IMG/VR virus record: IMGVR_UViG_3300042567_001420
DNA from: a virus
Taxonomy: Duplodnaviria > Caudoviricetes
Direction: 5' to 3' (one strand)
Length of the DNA stretch: 64,000 bases
Shown here: piece after piece, positions 7,497-16,720 of the stretch
How the letters are laid out: each line of letters starts with the position of its first letter
How positions within the stretch are numbered: the stretch's first letter is position 1
The notes under the pieces: generated by a model
Told to the model about the DNA's origin: nothing
Database searches by the model: none
Seen by the model: only the letters and a program-made list of their open reading frames with translations
Position numbers and translations under genes: made by a program

Positions 7497-7586
7497 ATGA
7501 AACACACAATTTATTACGTTTTAATCGTGGCAGTATCCACAGCTGCTGTCGCAGTGCAGATACTTTATAACTTACACAGAGTTTAG
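7497..7586 (+). CDS. Micro membrane peptide (29 aa, MKHTIYYVLIVAVSTAAVAVQILYNLHRV)
   Basis: Hand-translated; starts 2 nt after the previous stop; hydrophobic helix. Confidence 0.4.
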   Translation: MKHTIYYVLIVAVSTAAVAVQILYNLHRV

Positions 7587-7892
7587 GCCTTCTAACTCTC
7601 GATCTGATTCTGTTATTACCAGAGTCGTGTTGGGCATTATCTTTAGCAATGCCTTTTGTATCTCATCTAAAGACTTGCCTTGAATTAAAAATGCTTCAGG
7701 GTTCAGAGTCCATAAGTATACTTGATCTCCGTGATGCTCAACTCGGCATTCTATATACTTTTCCTGTTCACTGGGAGGAGTAATCATTTTATATTGTTGC
7801 ATGTCTTTATTAGTTACCGCTCTAATAAAGCCAATTGCATTCCAAATTATCCACGCATAAAATATGCATTCAAGTAGTTGTTGTATTGTCAT
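7572..7892 (-). CDS. Hypothetical protein with N-terminal TM segment
   Basis: Hydrophobic N-terminus; FLIQGKSLDEI motif. Confidence 0.6.
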   Translation of the reverse strand: MTIQQLLECIFYAWIIWNAIGFIRAVTNKDMQQYKMITPPSEQEKYIECRVEHHGDQVYLWTLNPEAFLIQGKSLDEIQKALLKIMPNTTLVITESDRELEGLNSV

Positions 7893-7898
7893 ATGATA

Positions 7899-9035
7899 TT
7901 AATCACTGATGGCCATGGTGTGTTGACCACCTGCATCAACCGTTGACCAAGTTGTTAAAGCGCCAACCTGTACTGGACTAGATACATATACAGTTGCGCT
8001 ATTACCTATACCTAATCGACCGGAGCTGCTGTTACCCCACGCCCACATGGTTCCATCTGTTTTAATAGCCATGTTGTGATAACTACCTGAAGCAATATTT
8101 AACCAATTAGTTAATGCGCCAACCTGTTTTGGGCTTGAATAGTTTGTGGTATTGCCTAATCCTAATTGCCCATTTGAATTGCGACCACCCAATCCCCACA
8201 TGGTACCATCTGTTTTAATGGCCATGCTATGATAACTACCTGAAGCAATTGTTAACCAAGTTGTTAGGGCACCAACCTGTACAGGACTAGATCTATATGT
8301 TAGATTGCCTAATCCTAATTGCCCATGTGGATTCATACCCCACGACCACATGGTACCATCGGTTTTGATGGCCAAGCTGTGATTATAACCTGCAGAAATT
8401 CGTAACCAAGTAGTTAAAGCACCAATCTGTACTGGACTAGATATATTTGTAGTATTTCCTAGACCCAGTTGTCCCTGTGCATTATATCCCCACGACCACA
8501 TAGTACCATCTGTTTTGACGGCCATGCTGTATTGAAAACCTGCATCAATTTTTGACCATGTGGTTAATGCACCAACCTGTACTGGACTAGATATATTTGT
8601 AGTATTTCCTAGACCTAATTTACCGCTGCTACCATTACCCCATGACCACATGGTGCCATCTGTTTTAATAGCCATGCTATGATAAGTGCCTCCAGCAATA
8701 CTTGACCAAGTTGTTAGGGCACCAACCTGTACTGGACTAGATATATCTGTAGTATTACCTAAACCTAATTGGCCGTTTCCGCCTGAACCCCATGACCACA
8801 AGGTACCATCTGTTTTGACTGCCATGGTGTGCTGGCTACCAGCAAAAACTGTTGACCATGTACCTAAAGCACCAACCTGTACTGGACTAGATATATCTGT
8901 AGTATTACCTAAACCCAATCTGCCATAGCTATTTCTACCCCATGACCACAAGTAAAATTCTGGTACAGGAACCGGAGGATCCCATGTCTGCACATTCATT
9001 CCACCAAGAGCAAAGTTAACATTTGTAATTTGCAT
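7899..9035 (-). CDS. RCC1/BLIP-II 7-blade beta-propeller protein (orphan copy)
   Basis: Seven ~50-aa repeats W(S/A)WGxNxxGxLGLGNTTxxSSPVQVGALTTW...AIKTDGT. Confidence 0.9.
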   Translation of the reverse strand: MQITNVNFALGGMNVQTWDPPVPVPEFYLWSWGRNSYGRLGLGNTTDISSPVQVGALGTWSTVFAGSQHTMAVKTDGTLWSWGSGGNGQLGLGNTTDISSPVQVGALTTWSSIAGGTYHSMAIKTDGTMWSWGNGSSGKLGLGNTTNISSPVQVGALTTWSKIDAGFQYSMAVKTDGTMWSWGYNAQGQLGLGNTTNISSPVQIGALTTWLRISAGYNHSLAIKTDGTMWSWGMNPHGQLGLGNLTYRSSPVQVGALTTWLTIASGSYHSMAIKTDGTMWGLGGRNSNGQLGLGNTTNYSSPKQVGALTNWLNIASGSYHNMAIKTDGTMWAWGNSSSGRLGIGNSATVYVSSPVQVGALTTWSTVDAGGQHTMAISD

Positions 9036-9047
9036 TTTAATTCTTTC

Positions 9048-9944
9048 TTATACGTTTGCTGTGTTTGTTGATGGGAATGCTCGACCGGATCCCCAAATAA
9101 TTCTTACTGCTCCAGTACCACCAGGGCCCGAGAAGTTAGGTCCATCTGTTGCGCCACCTGCACCCACTACCACAGTATAACTTTGACCTGGCACAACTTC
9201 AATATTATTTTTCCAACCAAGGCCACCGCCGCCGCCATTGATAGTATAGGTGCCTGAGCCACCACCACCATAGAAACCGCCAATCCCGCCATTAGTACCC
9301 GAACCATTTGGATATTGTACACCATTACCACCACCTGATCCGCCTCTAGCAAAACCGCTACCATTTACTGAACCAAGTGGCGACCCTATACCGCTTGTGC
9401 CTTGACCTAAGATGCCAACACCGCCTCCAGGTCCCCAAACACCTCCACCACCTCCACCGCCTTGGCCATCGCCACCTGCAATAGTAGCAGTAGGTGCGGC
9501 CGTACCTTTACCCGCATCGCCACCGTTTCCTGAATATCCGCCAGCGCCACCGCCACCATAAAAATCAGTACCTGACCCATTATAGCTATTACCACCATTG
9601 CCACCACCGTCACCTACATAACCACCACCAAAACCATAACCGGCACGCAGAGTACCCACTGCGCCACTATAAGCTCCGCCTCGACCACCGCCTAATCCTG
9701 CCACTGTTACTTGGCTTATAAAATAACTATTGCCGCCATTGGTCACACTTGCTGCAGTACTTGAAGAACGACACCCGCCACCCCCGCCACCAACCGCCAC
9801 AACTGCGACGCTATATACTCCAGGTGGGGCAGTCCAACTGAATGTGCCTGCAGTAGTAAATTGAGCTTGACCTGGCGGAGTCGGAGGAGGCGGAGTAGTA
9901 ATAATTTGCATTCCGCCCAATAACTCTAATCCCGATAATCGCAT
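9048..9944 (-). CDS. Glycine-rich putative adhesin/virion protein
   Basis: Short anchor + PPPPTPP; FTTAGTFSWTAP, VAVVAVGGGGGG, many GGxGG motifs, GAVRIIWG. Confidence 0.8.
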   Translation of the reverse strand: MRLSGLELLGGMQIITTPPPPTPPGQAQFTTAGTFSWTAPPGVYSVAVVAVGGGGGGCRSSSTAASVTNGGNSYFISQVTVAGLGGGRGGAYSGAVGTLRAGYGFGGGYVGDGGGNGGNSYNGSGTDFYGGGGAGGYSGNGGDAGKGTAAPTATIAGGDGQGGGGGGGVWGPGGGVGILGQGTSGIGSPLGSVNGSGFARGGSGGGNGVQYPNGSGTNGGIGGFYGGGGSGTYTINGGGGGLGWKNNIEVVPGQSYTVVVGAGGATDGPNFSGPGGTGAVRIIWGSGRAFPSTNTANV

Positions 9945-9945
9945 C

Positions 9946-10347
9946 TTATACCTTTAAATTCTTGATATGAGTTTTATGTACGCGGCATTGCACTTGGCCG
10001 TTGTAATAATCTTCTGTTTCTAAAACTCGTCTATCCATTTGTTCTCTTGCTTCTAAATAATTGCACAAACCTTTGTTTGGGCATATATGCAGTATCTCTC
10101 GTATAAACTTATCCGCACCATGCGTTTCAACATCAGCTTTAACTTCATCAGATGAAGACCAATAATCCCTCCAATCTGACTCAACCTTTAATCTTTTCTT
10201 CTTACCCTTAACTACCTTTGTTCTGCGAAACCAAAACAACTTTTTACCTATATACTTGCGATTCGTGGCAGTATTGGTAATCAAGTACACGTAACCATAC
10301 GCGTCGTCTGGAATAAGTTCTAAAGGGTTTCCGTTATATAGCCACAT
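9946..10347 (-). CDS. GIY-YIG family endonuclease
   Basis: YGYVYLITN...KYIGKK motif, DYWSSS, YYNG; a type common in T4-like phages. Confidence 0.85.
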   Translation of the reverse strand: MWLYNGNPLELIPDDAYGYVYLITNTATNRKYIGKKLFWFRRTKVVKGKKKRLKVESDWRDYWSSSDEVKADVETHGADKFIREILHICPNKGLCNYLEAREQMDRRVLETEDYYNGQVQCRVHKTHIKNLKV

Positions 10348-10369
10348 CTAAATACCAATATTAAATTAG

Positions 10370-10377
10370 TATTTATA
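10370..10377 (-). promoter_or_regulatory. T4-type late promoter TATAAATA
   Basis: Exact motif 22 nt upstream of the GIY-YIG start; could also drive the Gly-rich and RCC1 pair. Confidence 0.7.
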
Positions 10378-10732
10378 CGGTTTCCCAATAGTCGTTTCCG
10401 TCTGAAAAGTTATCACCATCATCCCTAGGTGGAACAAAGAAGTAATCGTCGGGATTTGTCATTATATCTTCGGCGTCTTCAGCTAATCCGCCGGTTCCCA
10501 TGATGCCGGCTCGTTGCAGCATTTGGGTTTGTATAGATTTCTTATATCTATGCTCTTCAGATTCTTCGCGTGCCATGTATGCCGCTTGCTTTTCTGAAAA
10601 GACTTTCTTTTGTTCCGCATTCCATTGTCTGGAATTGGCACAGGCGCGAGAACAGAACTTACCTGGTTTGGTATGCTCTGTGCTGCACTTAGGACAAGTC
10701 TTCGTCTTCGTACTCATCCTGTTGGTCTGCAT
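10373..10732 (-). CDS. Hypothetical protein with N-terminal Zn-ribbon (CPKC..FCSRAC)
   Basis: Four-Cys motif like the N-terminal modules of phage HNH proteins; no HNH core seen. Confidence 0.6.
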   Translation of the reverse strand: MQTNRMSTKTKTCPKCSTEHTKPGKFCSRACANSRQWNAEQKKVFSEKQAAYMAREESEEHRYKKSIQTQMLQRAGIMGTGGLAEDAEDIMTNPDDYFFVPPRDDGDNFSDGNDYWETV

Positions 10733-10795
10733 CCATATGTGCTCCGCAGAATGGACAAAACTCTACTTTATAATAGTCTTCGTCAAGATCAAAAT

Positions 10796-11290
10796 TTATC
10801 TTGAAGACGCCATCACATTCGACACATTCGTGGTGTTGTTTTCTTGCCATGATAATCCTCTCTTTTTAGTTTCTGCATCAAACACTCGTTGACGCAGGTC
10901 AGATGAACTAAAGAAATGATCTCGTTTATTGAAATACAATTCTATTCCTCTTTTCAAGCAAATGTCCTTGCCTGTATATTCTGTATCTTTATATTCTTCA
11001 CCTAAGATTCTTACATCAATTGGCAATGCCATAAAGATATCCTCGAGCTCTTTCTCCGTTGAATATACTATAATCTCATCAACATGCTTGCATGATGATA
11101 CCTGAATTTGTCTCTCAATGATTGACTGCACAGGTCTGTTTTTAGATTTTCTATCTATTGTGGGATCGATTTGAATCGCAGCAATTAGATAATCGCATTG
11201 ACGCTTTGCCTCTTCCAACATAATCACATGACCTGCATGGAACAGATCAAATGTGGAACACGTAATTCCAATTTTTTTGTTTACACTCAT
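10796..11290 (-). CDS. Cytidylyltransferase, TagD/glycerol-3-phosphate CTase-like
   Basis: FDLFHAGH (HIGH motif), RPVQSI.ER, RDHFFSSSDLR. Confidence 0.85.
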   Translation of the reverse strand: MSVNKKIGITCSTFDLFHAGHVIMLEEAKRQCDYLIAAIQIDPTIDRKSKNRPVQSIIERQIQVSSCKHVDEIIVYSTEKELEDIFMALPIDVRILGEEYKDTEYTGKDICLKRGIELYFNKRDHFFSSSDLRQRVFDAETKKRGLSWQENNTTNVSNVMASSR

Positions 11291-11757
11291 ATTTTCTCCA
11301 CTTCAATGTTACACTTATTTAAAAATTCTATACCTTCATCGCTTCTATATTGATTGCGATAAAACACTTTTTTAATCCCTGCTATATGTATAAGTTTAGC
11401 ACATTCAAAGCAAGGTGCATGAGTGATATACATCGTAGCCCCTGCACCTGATTCATTTGATTGTGCCAACTTGCCAATAGCATTCATTTCAGCATGAATA
11501 ACTTCTTTCTTTGTTTCATACTTATATGTTCCCATGGTATGCCATGGACCACCTTCGTCAATTATATATTGCGATTCTTCATATACTTCATTCTCACAAT
11601 TATTATCCCAGCCCCTGGGTGTGCCGTTATAACCGATAGATATAATTCTGTTATCTTTCTCAACAACAGCACCAACCTTTAATCGTTTAGCCGATGACAA
11701 TGTAGAATACGCCTCAGCAACAATCATATGCGTATTATCAAATTTACTCATTTCCAA
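11287..11757 (-). CDS. cd: dCMP deaminase
   Basis: IISIGYNGTP, HAEMNAI and PCFECAK zinc motifs. Confidence 0.92.
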   Translation of the reverse strand: MEMSKFDNTHMIVAEAYSTLSSAKRLKVGAVVEKDNRIISIGYNGTPRGWDNNCENEVYEESQYIIDEGGPWHTMGTYKYETKKEVIHAEMNAIGKLAQSNESGAGATMYITHAPCFECAKLIHIAGIKKVFYRNQYRSDEGIEFLNKCNIEVEKI

Positions 11758-12386
11758 CTCACCATTTTAAATCTTTCCTTAGGTACACCAAAGTATTTAC
11801 ATTTCCAATCACTTTGAGCAAAAAAGTCTAAATGATACCATTCATCTTTATGCTTAAGTATTTCTTTAGCAGCATTATCCCAATCTATAGTTGCAAACTC
11901 TGCTTGTACTAACAATTTACAGGCTTGCACTTCTTCACAATCAAACCCATCATATTCCCAATGTAATACTTCAAAGCAATTGCCGTGCCTATCAACATAA
12001 TCCATAGAGAAATCTAATCCCCATTTTGGACGTAATGATATAACTTTATGCACTAAAGGTAATTGTTTTGCCCAATATGTTAGTTCAGCTAATGCTTCAC
12101 CTTCATACCCTTTTCGTTCAAATAACAAACTATGGTTTAGAACTGCACCTTCTATCTTAGGATATTGTGTAAACCAATCTTCTTTTAATGCTGAACGATG
12201 TGGTCTATGTTTTTTATCTTTTTGCCTATTACTATAAGCATAATGTCTTTCCAATTCAGTTAGATCATAACCATTTTGGTCAAACAGTTCCACATCTTCC
12301 GGTGTGGGTGTGTATAATATTTTATCAATGGGTTTAGACCAATAACCATTTGTGTTAAAAGAATTATTGGTTAATTCAATTTTCAT
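11748..12386 (-). CDS. Conserved phage hypothetical protein
   Basis: 212-aa ORF; KWGLDFSMDY motif; no function assigned. Confidence 0.7.
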   Translation of the reverse strand: MKIELTNNSFNTNGYWSKPIDKILYTPTPEDVELFDQNGYDLTELERHYAYSNRQKDKKHRPHRSALKEDWFTQYPKIEGAVLNHSLLFERKGYEGEALAELTYWAKQLPLVHKVISLRPKWGLDFSMDYVDRHGNCFEVLHWEYDGFDCEEVQACKLLVQAEFATIDWDNAAKEILKHKDEWYHLDFFAQSDWKCKYFGVPKERFKMVSWK

Positions 12387-12552
12387 CCCATTTTCCTTCA
12401 GGGCATTTTGCTCCAGGTATCATAGTCTTTGCCCATATAGAGCATCCACATTTATCGCACACCTTAGCACCAATGATAGTAGTAAGATGTTCACACTTGT
12501 CGCAAATTTCTCTGCGTTTTAATGTGAAACTTATTTCATTATTACTATTCAT
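12376..12552 (-). CDS. Small Cys-rich protein, DUF6171-like (58 aa)
   Basis: Hand-translated: RREICDKCEH...VCDKCGCSIWAKT...AKCPEGKW. Confidence 0.75.
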   Translation of the reverse strand: MNSNNEISFTLKRREICDKCEHLTTIIGAKVCDKCGCSIWAKTMIPGAKCPEGKWDEN

Positions 12553-12553
12553 T

Positions 12554-12955
12554 TTATTTTATAATAGGTCCGCCTGTTATCCACAGTTCACAACTTCTAG
12601 TACCCGCACATTTAAAATGTAGTAAATTGCAATATCCTAAATCTGCAGATTCTCTAGTTTTCTCTGCTTCATATGCCTCTTTACCCATGCCGCCTTCTAT
12701 ACATTTATACATTGCGTCAGTTATATTGAACGCAGCGCAATTAGCACATTGCATAGTCTTGGCCGTTTTTTCACTAATACCCCATTGCTTAGCAGAAACT
12801 TTCCAGTAGTCTCCTGGTTCATCTGGATTAGCTGGTCCATAATGATGTTTATCTATAGCTATTTGTCTATTCTTAACATTGATGTCTAAATTTTGAGTAG
12901 CTATAGGGCATCCGTTTTTAGATGCCTCCGATAATAGTTCTTTAAAAGTTTTCAT
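12554..12955 (-). CDS. Cys-rich protein with N-terminal capsid-targeting-like sequence (start revised to MKTFKELLSE)
   Basis: ATGA overlap with nrdB stop; CANC and C.LLHFKC....SC motifs. Confidence 0.7.
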   Translation of the reverse strand: MKTFKELLSEASKNGCPIATQNLDINVKNRQIAIDKHHYGPANPDEPGDYWKVSAKQWGISEKTAKTMQCANCAAFNITDAMYKCIEGGMGKEAYEAEKTRESADLGYCNLLHFKCAGTRSCELWITGGPIIK

Positions 12956-13944
12956 TTTTGTTTTGCCCAAACATCTTCCCAGTTACCTGTATGTGCTGCC
13001 TTAGCATAATCGGTTGCTCTATTCTCAAAGAAGTTAGTGTGAATAGGTGCATTAATCATTTCTTCAACCCAAGGTAGCGGATTCTTTTTAACCTTCATGA
13101 TTCCCTTAAGACCAAGACTAATAAGGCGACGATCAGTAATATAACGGATATACTGTTTGACATCTGCAGCATTTAAATTTTCCATAGGACCCATGGCAAA
13201 TGCCAAATCAATAAAGCGTTCTTCGAGTAAGACCATTTGCTCAGCAATTGTATACAATTCACCTTTGAGTTCATCGTTCCAAATTTCGGGATTCTCTTGT
13301 ATATATGTTCTGAATAATTTGATCATGGCCTCACAATGCTGAGTCTCATCCACAATAGACCAAGTAACAATTTGTCCCATGCCCTTCATTTTACCATGAC
13401 GAGGAAAATTCAACAACATAATAAAAGAACTAAACAACTGCATACCTTCTGTAAATGCCGAGAAAATAGCAATATGTTTTGCTGTGTTTTCTTTTGTAGA
13501 GTTCTGTTGTGATATATCCAAGACATAATCATGCTTGGCTTTCATTTCTTCATAAGCCAAGAACTCATTATACATTGTCTCAGGCAATCCTAATGTCTCA
13601 ATTAAATGGGAATATGCTGCAATATGCAGAGCTTCACGCGCCGCAAAGCCCAATAACATCATTCGCACTTCAGGCTGTGGAAAGTATGGTAAGTAGTTAT
13701 TAACATACCCACCTGCAACATCAATATCACCTTGAGTAAAAAATCTAAAGATGTGTGTGAGAAATTGTTTTTCTTCAGCAGTTAGTTTCTTTTTCCAATC
13801 CTTAACATCTTCTACCATTGGTACTTCAGTATGAAGCCAATGTGATTGCTCATGCTTCAACCATGCATCATATGCCCATGGATAATTAAATGGCTTAAAT
13901 GAATCTCGGGTATCTGTAAGATTCGATTTTGTTTTTTTAATCAT
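12952..13944 (-). CDS. nrdB: Ribonucleotide reductase class I beta subunit
   Basis: FFTQGD, EALHIAAY, FTEGMQLFSSF, DETQH di-metal motifs; NFFE tail. Confidence 0.97.
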   Translation of the reverse strand: MIKKTKSNLTDTRDSFKPFNYPWAYDAWLKHEQSHWLHTEVPMVEDVKDWKKKLTAEEKQFLTHIFRFFTQGDIDVAGGYVNNYLPYFPQPEVRMMLLGFAAREALHIAAYSHLIETLGLPETMYNEFLAYEEMKAKHDYVLDISQQNSTKENTAKHIAIFSAFTEGMQLFSSFIMLLNFPRHGKMKGMGQIVTWSIVDETQHCEAMIKLFRTYIQENPEIWNDELKGELYTIAEQMVLLEERFIDLAFAMGPMENLNAADVKQYIRYITDRRLISLGLKGIMKVKKNPLPWVEEMINAPIHTNFFENRATDYAKAAHTGNWEDVWAKQK

Positions 13945-14191
13945 TGAGGAACTCTTCTACTAAATTTTTTGCTCTAACGCCTACTAGTCTACCAGCAACA
14001 TTGCCATTTTCATCTATCTTAACAAGTGTAGGTACACTTCTAATTCCAAATTCAATTGCAACTTCTTGATGCACATCAATGTCCACCACTTCAATAGGAA
14101 TATTCATAGTAGTATTAACTTCTTCAAGTATACTGGCCATTGCTTTACATGGTTGGCACCATGATGCTGTAAATCTTATTACTTTTTTCAT
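13937..14191 (-). CDS. Thioredoxin
   Basis: WCQPC active site, FGIRSVPT; between nrdA and nrdB. Confidence 0.93.
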   Translation of the reverse strand: MKKVIRFTASWCQPCKAMASILEEVNTTMNIPIEVVDIDVHQEVAIEFGIRSVPTLVKIDENGNVAGRLVGVRAKNLVEEFLND

Positions 14192-14193
14192 TT

Positions 14194-16005
14194 TTATCCT
14201 TCACACGCTAAACAAATGTCTTCGGTTGCTAATGCTTTCAAGTCAATCTCTTCCATGACTTGTCGCTCTATTTTCTTTGATATCTTATCTGCTTTACCAA
14301 TCTTTTCACTACGGCAATAGTACAATGTCTTTAGGCCTTGTTTCCATGCTTGAAAGTGAACCGCATGAATATATTTAATATTGCTATCTGGTCTAAAGAA
14401 TAGATTAACAGATTGTGCTTGATCTATATATTGCTGTCTGTCTGCAGAATGTTGTACTACCCAACGCTGGTCAATTTCCATAGATGTTTTAAATACATCT
14501 TTGGTCCAATCATCCATCCAGGTAAGGTGTTGCACCGAACCATCATTGGCAATAATGCTTGACCAAATTTCATTGTAATCATCTTGATTAACTATATCAC
14601 CTTCGCCTGAAAGATGTTTTTCAATAACTCTATTCAACCATTTATTTTTGTTGAGCATTGATCCCGATAAAGTATCTTGTCTATATGCGTTCGCACGAAG
14701 CGGCTCAATAGAAGGGGAAGTATTACCCATAATAATAGAAGAAGAAGCGTTTGGAGCAATAGCAAGCATATGAGAGAAGCGGCGTCCAGTACCTGTCGCA
14801 TCAGGTGCTTCACCTCGTTCTTTACCCAACTGAATGTTAGCATTATCTAGTTCCTTACGAATGTGTCCAAATATCTTATGGTTCAATCCGGTTGCCGATG
14901 CTGATTCCCACGGGAGGTTGTTCTTTTGTAAAAGAGCATGCCAACCGAGAGCACCAATACCAATAGACCGTTCGCGGCTAGCGCTAAATCGTGCGCGCGA
15001 TATGCTGTCAGGAGCATTATCAATGAAATACTGCAAGACGTTATCGAGCATCTCCGCAACGTCCCGAAGAAAAAGTTTGTCATCTTTCCAATCATCATAA
15101 TACTCCAAGTTCAAAGAAGATAAGCAACATACCGCAGTACGATCTTTATCCGTTGGTAAAATAATTTCACTGCACAAATTAGATTGTTTAATACTCAGTC
15201 CCAACTTCTTTTGGAACTCCGGCATAGCTCTATTGCTACTGTCAATAAAATGTAAATAAGGCTCGCCCGTTTGCATGCGCATATCTAAAATACGTTGCCA
15301 CAATTCTCTTGCTGATATTTTATCTTTGACTTCGCCGTTATGTGGATCTTTCAATTCCCAAGTATCATCCATCTCAGGATCAATCATAGCACGCTCGATT
15401 AGGTGCATAAAGTCATCGGTGATATTGATACCGTGATGCAAATTCAAACAACGCATATTGGGATCGCCCGTTGGCTTTCTCATCTCTAAAAAGATAAGAA
15501 TATCGGGATGAGATATATCAAGATAAGCAGCATAAGACCCCCGCCTTGTCCGCCCCTGTCTGTATGCCAAACTACTAGCGTCATAAGTACGAAGATGAGG
15601 CATAACCCCAACGCTTTTATCATCTGAAGATCGAATGCCAATTCCAATTCCAACTCCTCCGCCCATCATGGACAACCAGTTTACTTCGGCCAAACAATCG
15701 ACCAACCCTTCTGCACTATCATGTAGATAAGGTAGAAAACATGATATAGGAAGGCCACGCTTACTACGCCCAAAGCTGAGAATAGGAGTAGAATATGACA
15801 ACCAATGTCTACTGCTATATTCATACAACCTTTGCGAATGTTTTACATTAGTCCCGAACGTCTTGGAAACATAGGCAAACCTTTCCTGAGGAGACACTTC
15901 ATCCTCTTTCATGTAGCTTTCTTTTAATCTCTTAATACCTAACTCGTCGAATAGACTATCTCTAGTATAATCGACTTTAATCCCATGCACAATTTCTTGC
16001 GTCAT
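14194..16005 (-). CDS. nrdA: Ribonucleotide reductase class I alpha subunit, short form without ATP-cone (start revised to MTQEIV)
   Basis: PISCF, SNLCSEI, VCCLSS, AIAPNASSS, LYYCR, C-terminal CLAC; GGAG RBS before 16005. Confidence 0.97.
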   Translation of the reverse strand: MTQEIVHGIKVDYTRDSLFDELGIKRLKESYMKEDEVSPQERFAYVSKTFGTNVKHSQRLYEYSSRHWLSYSTPILSFGRSKRGLPISCFLPYLHDSAEGLVDCLAEVNWLSMMGGGVGIGIGIRSSDDKSVGVMPHLRTYDASSLAYRQGRTRRGSYAAYLDISHPDILIFLEMRKPTGDPNMRCLNLHHGINITDDFMHLIERAMIDPEMDDTWELKDPHNGEVKDKISARELWQRILDMRMQTGEPYLHFIDSSNRAMPEFQKKLGLSIKQSNLCSEIILPTDKDRTAVCCLSSLNLEYYDDWKDDKLFLRDVAEMLDNVLQYFIDNAPDSISRARFSASRERSIGIGALGWHALLQKNNLPWESASATGLNHKIFGHIRKELDNANIQLGKERGEAPDATGTGRRFSHMLAIAPNASSSIIMGNTSPSIEPLRANAYRQDTLSGSMLNKNKWLNRVIEKHLSGEGDIVNQDDYNEIWSSIIANDGSVQHLTWMDDWTKDVFKTSMEIDQRWVVQHSADRQQYIDQAQSVNLFFRPDSNIKYIHAVHFQAWKQGLKTLYYCRSEKIGKADKISKKIERQVMEEIDLKALATEDICLACEG

Positions 16006-16019
16006 CTTTACTCCAATTT

Positions 16020-16274
16020 TTATTTTACTGTTTCGAATATTTTCTTTTGTATCTGATACCATTCAATCCACGCATCCAATTTCACTCCACATTCGTAGTA
16101 TGTGGTATAATTTAATGTGACAGTCTTTGCAACATCACTCAATTTTGCGTCATCTTTTAATTGTGCTAGGTCAGGGCACTTAACCATGATTGCTTCCGGT
16201 GCTTCAGGAAATTTGGCAACAACTGGCACTGCCTTGCATCCTGTTAGTAACAATAATAGTAATAGGTATCTCAT
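16020..16274 (-). CDS. Outer-membrane spanin (Rz1-like lipoprotein)
   Basis: Lipobox LLLTGC, Pro-rich mature part, directly after a coiled-coil membrane protein. Confidence 0.8.
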   Translation of the reverse strand: MRYLLLLLLLTGCKAVPVVAKFPEAPEAIMVKCPDLAQLKDDAKLSDVAKTVTLNYTTYYECGVKLDAWIEWYQIQKKIFETVK

Positions 16275-16696
16275 TCTCTTTTCGCCGCTTTGTTGTGAGT
16301 ATCGATTACTTCTTTAGGTATGATGCAAGAATTATCATACTTAACTATTTCTCGATCTATATATCTCACAATGTCTTCGCCTTTTTCACGAATAACTTTT
16401 TCTTGTACTACAACCTTTTGTTGAATCTTAATAGTTTCTTTTTTGCCCGCAACTTCAGCTGCAGCAACTTTTGCTTCCATTTCTTTTACCTTGGCGACCC
16501 ATTGCTCTTCATTGGCAAGCCCGCCTTCAAAGTAAATACCAAATGTGAATACTACAAATCCAATTATTCTCATTGGGATATAATACTTATCCACAAATGG
16601 AATCTTCTTTAATACCATACTGCCAAGAACAGCAAGCAATCCTGCTATAACAATAGCATGAAAGAAAGCATTAGGTAATAGAGATAGATACCACAT
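16271..16696 (-). CDS. Inner-membrane spanin (Rz-like)
   Basis: N-terminal TM helices, coiled coil, C-terminal CIIP..VIDTHN; 4-nt overlap with o-spanin. Confidence 0.78.
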   Translation of the reverse strand: MWYLSLLPNAFFHAIVIAGLLAVLGSMVLKKIPFVDKYYIPMRIIGFVVFTFGIYFEGGLANEEQWVAKVKEMEAKVAAAEVAGKKETIKIQQKVVVQEKVIREKGEDIVRYIDREIVKYDNSCIIPKEVIDTHNKAAKRE

Positions 16697-16720
16697 TTTT
16701 ATTTGGGAAGTTTGTAATTA

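Noticed and set aside
10500-10892. Possible tRNA near 10610-10800, suggested by GGTTCC/GGAAC-like words
   Set aside because: No cloverleaf with acceptor stem and T-loop could be built, and the region is covered by ORF 10373..10732 and the CTase end.
12952-16005. Introns or inteins in nrdA/nrdB, which are common in T4-like phages
   Set aside because: Both ORFs are continuous and of normal or short length, with no Hint or homing-endonuclease motifs; the same holds for thyX and primase.
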